A stretch of DNA of 59,139 nucleotides, filler included, from Candidatus Woesearchaeota archaeon CG1_02_57_44 (lineage in GTDB: Archaea; Nanobdellota; Nanobdellia; Woesearchaeales; CG1-02-57-44), in the NCBI GenBank assembly GCA_001871415.1. It is 4 parts of 4 records of this genome, joined end to end, with 100 filler letters (N's around TTAATTAATTAA, not from the genome) between each part and the next. Parts side by side here need not be neighbours in the genome. Positions count along the whole stretch, not along the records: positions 26,430 to 46,378 come from MNWW01000003.1; 3 more parts are not named here. One strand, given 5' to 3'. The translations under genes and the position numbers were made by a program. The notes beneath the pieces were generated by a model. It saw only the letters and a program-made list of their open reading frames with translations. It was not told the origin of the DNA and searched no databases. Positions 26,430 through 34,339 of this stretch are shown one piece after another (within the stretch, counting starts at the first letter, position 1; every line of letters begins with the position of its first letter).

Positions 26430-27674
26430 CAGCAGGTCCCGGAGACGGACAAGCATCACTATGTGCAACCAGCGACGCTGCCTCAGCTGTGCCTTGACGG
26501 CAGTGTCGCGCAGGCGGACATGCTCGTTCGCAGCTCTGGATTTAGCGGGCATCCTGTCATCTGGGCGCGATCCCACGAGGAAGAGACCTTCGCGCGCAGG
26601 ATGTCGACGCTGGGTTCAGAGCTGCTCTTTTCTATTCTCGAGGTTCCTACACTCATCATCAACTGCTTTGCCCTTGGTTCCTGGGTGAGTGGCGTTGACG
26701 TGCTCAAGATAGCTGATGAGCGATGCACCATCATCAGCCCGGGCATCAATCAGGAGGAGATTCTTGAGCTGGTGGCGACGCTTGGTCCGCACTACCCCCA
26801 ACTGGTCCTGGTCGGCAGCCCGCCATTTGTCAAAGATGTGGTTGACGCGCTTCCAATCGGTGGTCATCCTGATCTGCACGTGGTTGTCGGAGGCGAGCCT
26901 ATCACCGAAGAATGGCGCGACCATGTCAGCGCGCGTACAGGCGGTAAGGTGTACAGCTTTTTCGGGGCTTCAGACATCGGTGTGATGGGCATCAATGAGA
27001 ACGAGCAGACCTTGGCCATACGGCGCGCATGCCGCAAGGACATGGCACTGCGCGAAGCTGTGTTCCAGGCAAGGGACACCTTGCCCATGTTGTTTCAGTA
27101 CGACCCCGCACGTTATCATATCACCAAAGGCCCTGATGGCCTTTTATTCACGACCCTAGGCCTGGATGTCATGCTTCCGCTCATCAAGTACTGCCTGGAT
27201 GACCTGGGGCATGTAATCCCTTACAGCGACATGCGGGAGCTGCTTTCTCGCAGAGGCCTGCAGGTGTCTCGCGGCATTCCCTTCCCGTTCCTGGTCATGG
27301 CTGGTAGGAAAAGCGGCACGGTCTCGTTTTATGGCTCGCTCATCTATCCGGACAATGTCAGCAGTGCAATTGAAGCAAGGGTCGCGCTCGCACGTGTGGT
27401 CACCGGGCGCTTCAAACTGTATGTCACGCATGACGCGCATCAGAATGAGGTGCTGGCGGTCGACATACAGCTCAAGCCCAAGGTCGCGACCTCCAAAGCG
27501 CTTGATGGACAGTTTTCCAAGGCCATAGAGCAGGGATTGCGTGATGGCAATCCAGATTTCGCGGTCGACTATGAGTGCCTCAAGCAGCGGCGCGCGCCGT
27601 TCCTGCGGGTCCGCGTGTTCACGGCTGGTCGCTATCCGTACAAAGAAGGCATCAAAGCACGACACACTATCTGA
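26430..27674 (+). CDS. Phenylacetate-CoA ligase-like adenylate-forming enzyme (5' truncated by gap)
   Basis: Frame open from the gap (QQVPETDK..Y); SSGFSGHP P-loop, GGE, FGASD.G, PLIKY...D.G, GR. Confidence 0.8.
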   Translation, partial: QQVPETDKHHYVQPATLPQLCLDGSVAQADMLVRSSGFSGHPVIWARSHEEETFARRMSTLGSELLFSILEVPTLIINCFALGSWVSGVDVLKIADERCTIISPGINQEEILELVATLGPHYPQLVLVGSPPFVKDVVDALPIGGHPDLHVVVGGEPITEEWRDHVSARTGGKVYSFFGASDIGVMGINENEQTLAIRRACRKDMALREAVFQARDTLPMLFQYDPARYHITKGPDGLLFTTLGLDVMLPLIKYCLDDLGHVIPYSDMRELLSRRGLQVSRGIPFPFLVMAGRKSGTVSFYGSLIYPDNVSSAIEARVALARVVTGRFKLYVTHDAHQNEVLAVDIQLKPKVATSKALDGQFSKAIEQGLRDGNPDFAVDYECLKQRRAPFLRVRVFTAGRYPYKEGIKARHTI

Positions 27675-27697
27675 ATCGCATCGCAATCTGATACACC

Positions 27698-28444
27698 ATG
27701 ACACCTGCAATCATTATCATGACCGTTGTCACCGTGTGGCTGCTCTGGCGTCATGTCTGGTTCTTTCGCAATCCGAAGCGAACGCCTGCGGAAACAGGGC
27801 GGGTCGTGTTGTCTCCTGCTGACGGGAAAGTCATCTACATCCGATGCGTGGCGAAAGGTGCTGTTCCTGTCTCTGTCAAGCGCAGGCGAAGCATTGCCTT
27901 ACAGGAACTTGTCGGTTCAGCGGCCAAGAAACCTGCGGGAGATATGCTCGTCGTGGGCATCTTCATGAGCCCCTTTGATGTACATTATCAACGCGCGCCT
28001 ATCGCGGGCAGGGTTGATGGTGTGTGGTACACGCGAGGCACAAACCTTCCCATGACCGCGACGTGGATGCGCAGCGCGCTTGGTCTGCGTCCCTATGAGC
28101 GCGGTGCATCACACCTGTTCACCAACGAGCGCAATACGGTGCTTTTTTCTGGTGAGCGTGGTGTTGATGGCCGGACGGAGCCGGAGCTTGGGTGTGTCAA
28201 GGCGCGCAGTAAGCGGTCTGAGGGAGTCCTTCGCGTGTGGGTCGTGCAGATAGCAGACCTCTATGTGCGGCGCATCGTCTGCAAGGTGCATCCTGGCGTT
28301 CGGGTGAGGGCAGGGGAATCTTACGGTCTCATCCGCATGGGATCGCAGGTCGATGTCGTGATGCCAGCGCGTATGGTCAAGAAGATGCTTGTGGCAGAGG
28401 GTGACAGGGTCCGCGCTGGTGAGACTGTTCTGGCCACGTATTGA
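27698..28444 (+). CDS. psd: Phosphatidylserine decarboxylase proenzyme
   Basis: FFRNPKR, SPADGKV, IFMSPFDVH, NERN, IRMGSQVD (GS self-cleavage site). Confidence 0.9.
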   Translation: MTPAIIIMTVVTVWLLWRHVWFFRNPKRTPAETGRVVLSPADGKVIYIRCVAKGAVPVSVKRRRSIALQELVGSAAKKPAGDMLVVGIFMSPFDVHYQRAPIAGRVDGVWYTRGTNLPMTATWMRSALGLRPYERGASHLFTNERNTVLFSGERGVDGRTEPELGCVKARSKRSEGVLRVWVVQIADLYVRRIVCKVHPGVRVRAGESYGLIRMGSQVDVVMPARMVKKMLVAEGDRVRAGETVLATY

Positions 28445-28518
28445 GTCTGAGCAGATGAGGGTCCCCCTGTTGATGTTTTGGTACAATAGACTTTGCTAGT
28501 GATAGTTCCAGTAGAACT

Positions 28519-29631
28519 CTACGTCATCCTATTGAGTGCCTTTTCCAAAACCCGATAGCGCTTGTAAGGGACGCCGCCAAACGACCTGGCCAGATGTTTG
28601 CTCGCCTCATTATCCTCGACGACCCAGGAGTATTCAAGCTCGCGATAGCCAGCGGCAATGAGGTGTCGCATGACCGCTGCCAGCAAGGCCTTACCCACGC
28701 CATGGCCCCGATATTCTGGCGACACACATATCAGCTCTACTTTTGCTTCCTTAATCTTATGCAGACGCAGGAGAAAATCCATCCGCTGCCTTATCCCCAT
28801 GCGACCATCATACTTCTTGAGCAGCATGTTGATGTTCGGATAGCTGATGATGACCCCGGCATACTCGCCATGGACGAGCGCGAACTGCACCATCTGGGGA
28901 AAATACAGCATCTTCATCTCCTTGATGAGATAGAAGAATTCCTCTTTTCCCCAGGGTCTGCTCTGCCAATGATGCTCCATTCCCTTGTTGATGAGCACGC
29001 GCAATAGCTCTAGCTCCTCATCCATCCGATGGCGGTCAAACGGGCGCGTGGTGACATCTGCGGAAGGATGGAATGATGCTGCTTCTATCGCCCTGGGGCT
29101 GTCCAGGCGTATGTGATAGGCATGCAGGTCCCTGCATTTCCTATATCCTAATTGCTCAATCTGATGGAGATAGTGGATGGGGTTATAGGCCATCAAGGGC
29201 TGCGGGTCAAGATGGAATCCGCTTGTCAGGATGCCCACCTGATTCCCGATAGTGCCATTGATAGGCCCTCTGATGGTCCTCATGCCACGGGCCTGCAGGT
29301 CTGATTCCGCCTTTTCCATCAGGGCCTGCCAGACATCCTTCTGGTTGACAGCGTCGCAATAACCAAAATAACCCACCTGCTCGTTGGCATGCTCGTGGTA
29401 TGCCATGTCCATGAACCAGGCGATGCGACCCACTGGCAGATCATGCTTCTTCACCACATATAGCGCGGTTCCGGTCCGGCGCCAGAATGGGTTATCCTGA
29501 TCAAAGAACCTTCGCGCCTCAGACTTGATGTCCTCCACATGGTGCTGGTGGCCTGCCAGCACCCTGCTCGGCACATCCAGGAACAGCTCCATGCTCGCAG
29601 GATCATTCACCTGCATGAGCTCTATGGTCAT
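28519..29631 (-). CDS. Tandem GNAT N-acyltransferase (YghO/bacterial ceramide synthase-like)
   Basis: NPFW, VGRIA, GYFGY, RGPIN, MAYNP.HY, GY.K..DL.AY, V.PEYRGHGVG, SWVVEDN. Confidence 0.8.
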   Translation of the reverse strand: MTIELMQVNDPASMELFLDVPSRVLAGHQHHVEDIKSEARRFFDQDNPFWRRTGTALYVVKKHDLPVGRIAWFMDMAYHEHANEQVGYFGYCDAVNQKDVWQALMEKAESDLQARGMRTIRGPINGTIGNQVGILTSGFHLDPQPLMAYNPIHYLHQIEQLGYRKCRDLHAYHIRLDSPRAIEAASFHPSADVTTRPFDRHRMDEELELLRVLINKGMEHHWQSRPWGKEEFFYLIKEMKMLYFPQMVQFALVHGEYAGVIISYPNINMLLKKYDGRMGIRQRMDFLLRLHKIKEAKVELICVSPEYRGHGVGKALLAAVMRHLIAAGYRELEYSWVVEDNEASKHLARSFGGVPYKRYRVLEKALNRMT

Positions 29632-29801
29632 ATGCTGTATTTTGCGGAATGGAGCATATAAACATTTCTACTCGTCTTCACGCAGGGGTGAGCGCACATT
29701 GCATCAGGGCGGTCCCTGTCGCATGCTCGCCGCTATTCCTTGTGCCGCGTATTGACCTTGGAACGCACGGCTGACCCTATGACCGCCTGTAGCGTGCCGC
29801 A

Positions 29802-30701
29802 TCAAAACTTGAACAAGGCGGTCTCGACCATGATCTCAGGTCCAGAGAAGTTGGTGCTCGCATGTCCTGAGAACGGAGCGCCATTCAGGGTCCCGGAGAA
29901 AGTCCCGCCCATGGGCTGGAACACATAACCGGCCCGCACCCTGCCATGCAGGTGCAAGCCCAGGGCAGACACCTCAAATGGCATCGCGATGTATGGCTCT
30001 ACACCGAAACCCCAGTTATTGTAGCTGGTGCTTGAGGTCGCCGCGCCTCCTGCCAGACTTGTCGACACGTCTGACGCGATGTAGGTCGCGATCGCCCTTC
30101 CGCCAAGGTAGAGGGTGGGGCTATCACATATCTTGGTCTCGCCACCAAGGGAGACCTGAATGTTGCGGGTAGACCAACGCAGGTTGCTTCCATTGGATGT
30201 GGTGTCAAGGATTCCCGGCAGCGGCGTGAACTCCAGGCCCAGGATCACCTGATCAGCAGGCTGGAATGTGCGAAGGTCCCATCTGGTGAAGAATACGGCC
30301 TCGAAGCTTGTGCGATACTTCAATTGCGGGTCCCAGTCATCAAAATCAGCCCCCACTGAGGCGCCGGTCGCGTGGATGAAGTCATTATCAGGGTGCAGGT
30401 TGGGAACGTAGCTCTGTGTTCCCATGTAGACGACGCCCGTTGGCAGCCGCGGCATGGCGTATGCAGCAGCGGGCTGCTCGTCCTGCGATTCTGTGGGCAG
30501 CACTATCGCTTTGGGCGCCTGCTCTGCGGCTTTCTCGGCAGCAGTCGCGCCAGTGACAGCACCAGTCGCGAGCGCAGTGCCGAGCAGGATGTTCCGGCCA
30601 ACTTCACCGAATCTGCCTGACGCCATGGCATCAGTGACGCGTCCGATGAGTCCTGTTGATCTGGGTGCTGTGGTCTGCTGTGCGGTCTGTGTTCTTGCCA
30701 T
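29802..30701 (-). CDS. Secreted all-beta protein, outer-membrane beta-barrel-like
   Basis: Extended leader with hydrophobic segment; amphipathic strands (YLGGRAIATYI, WGFGVEPYIAM, GRVRAGYVF); ends ...TALFKF. Confidence 0.6.
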   Translation of the reverse strand: MARTQTAQQTTAPRSTGLIGRVTDAMASGRFGEVGRNILLGTALATGAVTGATAAEKAAEQAPKAIVLPTESQDEQPAAAYAMPRLPTGVVYMGTQSYVPNLHPDNDFIHATGASVGADFDDWDPQLKYRTSFEAVFFTRWDLRTFQPADQVILGLEFTPLPGILDTTSNGSNLRWSTRNIQVSLGGETKICDSPTLYLGGRAIATYIASDVSTSLAGGAATSSTSYNNWGFGVEPYIAMPFEVSALGLHLHGRVRAGYVFQPMGGTFSGTLNGAPFSGHASTNFSGPEIMVETALFKF

Positions 30702-30934
30702 GCTTCATCCCTCGTCTGCCTATGCGCCGTATGCTGCTCGACAATGCTTGTGTTCGGGGAAACTAGTGCTGATATTGAAAAATGTTTCTATTTTTCAGTA
30801 GGTTCAACCTTTATGCTCATCGTTGGTCGCGTCGGGCATGGTGGCTTGATGCTGTTGCTCAGTGCCATCATTAATACTACTGAATCGTGGTTAATGTCGT
30901 AATATTTATATATGCGACAGACGTCCTCTCGTGC

Positions 30935-32338
30935 ATGACTGATGTGTCTGATGTGTCTGATGTGTCTGATGTGTCTGATCGTGCTGACGTGCCTGACCTG
31001 TGGACTGATGACGCCTTGGCTGTCGAAGGTGTCCCCTGGACTCCGTATGTCGCGTATCGCAGGCGCAAGGGCGTATCTGCTGACGCGCCCACCAGAGCGG
31101 ACGCGCTGCGATTGACGCCCTCTGAGGGTGATGTCCGCCATGGCAAGCGTCTGCAAGAAGCAGGACTTGCCTGGCTCACGCACGTGCTGGATGCGACCGG
31201 GCAATTCACGAGCATCAAGGCCACATCAGCGACGCCAGACAGGCAATACGGGTTGCTCCTCGCCCAAAAGAAACCATCCTATGTCGAGGACCGTGAGCCA
31301 TTCCTCTTCTCTGTGCAATTGCATACGCACGCGCCCGGCAGCCTGGAGCAGGTCCTGGCTGATATGGATTGGGCGAGCAGCAGGGGCATCGCGACAATCC
31401 TCATCGGCACAAAATACCTTGATTCCGAGGGCTGGATGTTTCGTCGGGGACTTCGTGAGCAGGATAGGCGGTCTGGCCGCGAGTATGGCGAAGCAGCGGC
31501 GCATCGCAAGCGCTCGCTCAGACATCCTGAAGCGCAGCGTCTTAATATGCCCTCCACGCCTGACAATGCCATTGACACGCGCGGACTGGAGCGTGACATC
31601 TTCCTGGCGCATCAGGTGACGCCCTTCTATCTGCAGCCTGCATCATCGCGGCTTGGGGCTGCTGTGCGCCGATTCGCGTTCCGGCCTGTGTGGATGTATC
31701 ATGAGGGGCAGCAGCGTCCCTTGGTGCAGTCTGTCAAATGGTATGACCCTCTGCCGCTGGAGACGCTCACGCATTTCACGCTCGTCCCGCAACCCAAGAT
31801 CGCTGCCCGCAAGACGCCGTATCTGATGGGCGATCTCATGGCGCTGCCTTCTGTGGAGAATCCCTACAAGGGCACGACGTCGAATACCCGGCATATGCGG
31901 CACGAATTCGGTCGTCTTGTCGACGCAATCGCGCGACTGGAATTTTCTGCCATGTCTCCTTGGTTGTATGATGGGCGCGCGCCATCTCTGGATACAGACA
32001 GGTTAGAAGCGCTCCGCATGCACGTGATGCGTACGATTCGTGGAAGAGCTACATGGGCCGAGGCAGGAGGGGAGCTCAATGCGCATCTTTCTGCGCTCTA
32101 TGAGCTCTTGCCAGGGGCTGCGTCAGTGCGCGATGATTTCCAGCCGGACCGACAGGAGTTTGTCGCGCATTATCCTAGCAGGAGCAATCCTGGAACGATG
32201 CATACGTCTCGACTGCGTGTCCCTGACGGTAAGATAGACAGTGCCCGTTTTGATTGTTCCTGCCCAGGGCATCAGTACCTGGACAAGTGTTGGCACGAGC
32301 GCGACCTGTATGCGCGCGTCGGCGCAAAGCAGCGTTGA
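30935..32338 (+). CDS. Hypothetical protein with C-terminal SWIM zinc finger
   Basis: CSCP......CWH near the C-terminus; TTTATATA box about 25 nt upstream of ATG 30935. Confidence 0.75.
   Translation: MTDVSDVSDVSDVSDRADVPDLWTDDALAVEGVPWTPYVAYRRRKGVSADAPTRADALRLTPSEGDVRHGKRLQEAGLAWLTHVLDATGQFTSIKATSATPDRQYGLLLAQKKPSYVEDREPFLFSVQLHTHAPGSLEQVLADMDWASSRGIATILIGTKYLDSEGWMFRRGLREQDRRSGREYGEAAAHRKRSLRHPEAQRLNMPSTPDNAIDTRGLERDIFLAHQVTPFYLQPASSRLGAAVRRFAFRPVWMYHEGQQRPLVQSVKWYDPLPLETLTHFTLVPQPKIAARKTPYLMGDLMALPSVENPYKGTTSNTRHMRHEFGRLVDAIARLEFSAMSPWLYDGRAPSLDTDRLEALRMHVMRTIRGRATWAEAGGELNAHLSALYELLPGAASVRDDFQPDRQEFVAHYPSRSNPGTMHTSRLRVPDGKIDSARFDCSCPGHQYLDKCWHERDLYARVGAKQR
30939..30979 (+). repeat. 9-bp in-frame tandem repeat (GATGTGTCT x4)
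   Basis: Directly visible; encodes DVS x4. Confidence 0.9.
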
Positions 32339-32346
32339 ATGCTCTG

Positions 32347-32583
32347 CTAATTCATGCTCAGCGCCTTAGCCAGGCTCACATTGCCGCAATTGAAGCAATT
32401 GCAGAACGTGCCGTACTTTCCTTCGAGAATATCAAGCCTCTCTCCACAGATACATTTGAGTGTCACGGTCGCATTCTTGTGATGGCTGCACACCGGCAGG
32501 CCCTGGCTGTTTCTGGCAATCGCCTGCTTGCCGCACAGCGGGCACTTGTCGATCCTGCTCTGACCATAGATTTTCTTGCGCAT
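32347..32583 (-). CDS. Small Zn-binding protein
   Basis: CPLC, CSHH, CICG, G.YG.FC.C..C motifs. Confidence 0.8.
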   Translation of the reverse strand: MRKKIYGQSRIDKCPLCGKQAIARNSQGLPVCSHHKNATVTLKCICGERLDILEGKYGTFCNCFNCGNVSLAKALSMN

Positions 32584-32682
32584 GGTACTGCTCCTCTCTC
32601 TGGTTGTCTCAATGCTGTTCGCTGTCGCAATAGTAATAAGAAAAAATACTGGCGACGTTGGTGCCAGTTGATGTGTTGTCGT

Positions 32683-33360
32683 CTATGGATAGAGTGATAT
32701 CCGCTTGTCGGTCATCAGGTCAGGCGTCTTGCCCTCTATCGACATCGCAGCGCCGACCATGGGAATCACGGTTATCTTGAACTTCTCGCTCTCATTGACA
32801 TGCCGCGATGATTTGAAGCAGACTTGTACCACATCGCCCTTGGTCAGGTAACCGCTCTTGTTGTTGGTCCCTGTTATCTGATACTTTGCGCCAAAGTATG
32901 TCCTGTTATAGTACGTGTCGTTGAGTGGGGTGAAATTCACATCAGCGCATCCCGCGATCTCACAGGGGGTATTCGGGCTTGATGTATTCTCGGTATAGTT
33001 GTATGTATAGGAGACATTGTCGCAGCGGGCAGTGGATGTGTATTGATATTGCGTAGAGCTGTCGTCAAGGTTCAGGGACATGAGCATGTCGGAAAGCCGC
33101 AGCTCATCAGAGCCGCTGGACAGCTTGATGGTCTGATACACCCAATCCAGCTGCTGGTCAGAGCCGTCTTCGGCGTAGGTGTCGATAATGCGTAGGGACG
33201 TTCCGACCTCGTGGCTCGTCGCCTTGCCTGTTGTCAACGCTTTACTCTGCAGGGTTCCGGTCGTGCTGATGAGCACTTTGGCAGCGACCGCCGCCACCAG
33301 AATCAACGCGATGAAAATGACCAGGGTACCCATGCCCATTTCTGCTTTACGCTCTGCCAT
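32683..33360 (-). CDS. flaB: Archaellin (archaeal flagellin)
   Basis: RKA|EMGMGTLVIFIALILVAAVAA.VLI.T.G.LQSKA..TG matches the canonical archaellin N-terminus; C-terminal LYP; GGAGGT Shine-Dalgarno. Confidence 0.9.
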   Translation of the reverse strand: MAERKAEMGMGTLVIFIALILVAAVAAKVLISTTGTLQSKALTTGKATSHEVGTSLRIIDTYAEDGSDQQLDWVYQTIKLSSGSDELRLSDMLMSLNLDDSSTQYQYTSTARCDNVSYTYNYTENTSSPNTPCEIAGCADVNFTPLNDTYYNRTYFGAKYQITGTNNKSGYLTKGDVVQVCFKSSRHVNESEKFKITVIPMVGAAMSIEGKTPDLMTDKRISLYP

Positions 33361-33490
33361 GATTGAGACCTCCAAATATCAAAAATCTGTTAGACCCTTA
33401 TGCTTTCTGGGTGCATTATTATATATAACTTCCGGCAAAATAATCCTGTTAGGACGACCTTAAATCTCTGTCTGGGGGGCATGCTGTTCC

Positions 33491-34132
33491 CTATGCGCGC
33501 TCCCAGGTCTCTCCTATGATGATATGATCCAGCAATGGGATGCCTATCAGTTCTCCTGCTTTCGCGATGGCGCGGGTCAGCTGCTGGTCTTCTTCTGATG
33601 GTGTCGGATCTCCTGACGGGTGGTTGTGCGCGATAATGACTGATTTTGCGCTCTTCTGGATGGCTGGTCGGAAAATCTCCCGAGGATGGGCAAGGCAACT
33701 GTCAAGGGTGCCTTTGGCAATCATTTCATGGCCTAGCACCTTATTGCGCACATCCAGGAACAAGGCTAGCAGATGCTCCTGTCGCAGATGGCCGATAATA
33801 GGTTTGCAATAAGTGAACACATCTGCTGCGTCTTGGATACTCGGGTTGTCTGGCTTTTGCGCTCTTCTAGTCAACTCAAACACGGCGATGAGTTGCGATG
33901 CTTTTGCCATGCCGATGCCAGGGACCTTGCGCAATTCATCAATGTCCGCCTGATGCAGACCTTCAAGGCCAAAATCCGCGAGCAGTCGGGACGCGAGGGT
34001 GATCGCGTTTTGTCCTTTGGTTCCGGACTGCAGCAGGATCGCCAGGAGCTCCGCGTCTGAGAGAGAGGCTATACCTTGCGCATAGAGTCGTTCCCTTGGC
34101 CGGTCGCAGACCCGAAGCTCTGTTATGCGCAT
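33491..34132 (-). CDS. radC: RadC family protein (HhH plus JAB/MPN)
   Basis: RPRERL, LSDAELLAILL, GIGMAKA, HPREIF, HNHPSGDPTPSEED, LLDHIII. Confidence 0.95.
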   Translation of the reverse strand: MRITELRVCDRPRERLYAQGIASLSDAELLAILLQSGTKGQNAITLASRLLADFGLEGLHQADIDELRKVPGIGMAKASQLIAVFELTRRAQKPDNPSIQDAADVFTYCKPIIGHLRQEHLLALFLDVRNKVLGHEMIAKGTLDSCLAHPREIFRPAIQKSAKSVIIAHNHPSGDPTPSEEDQQLTRAIAKAGELIGIPLLDHIIIGETWERA

Positions 34133-34339
34133 GGCCTGTAGCGCGATGCAGGCCTTAATAGCTGTTACTAGCAGAAAACCGGAGCTGTTTCGTTATTCCC
34201 GGAATTTGATGCATCGCGGGTAACTTCAGTCTTGGCAGCTGCTTTCTCGTTAACTACCACTCTGCAATGATATACAATAAAAGCCTATTGATTTTCAGCG
34301 CCAAAAGCATTTAAACCGCCTTACCATCCCTTTTTCGGG

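Noticed and set aside
33491..34132. RadC JAB domain as part of the ubiquitin-like system
   Set aside because: Ordinary full-length RadC, 8 kb away, and the operon has its own JAB protein.
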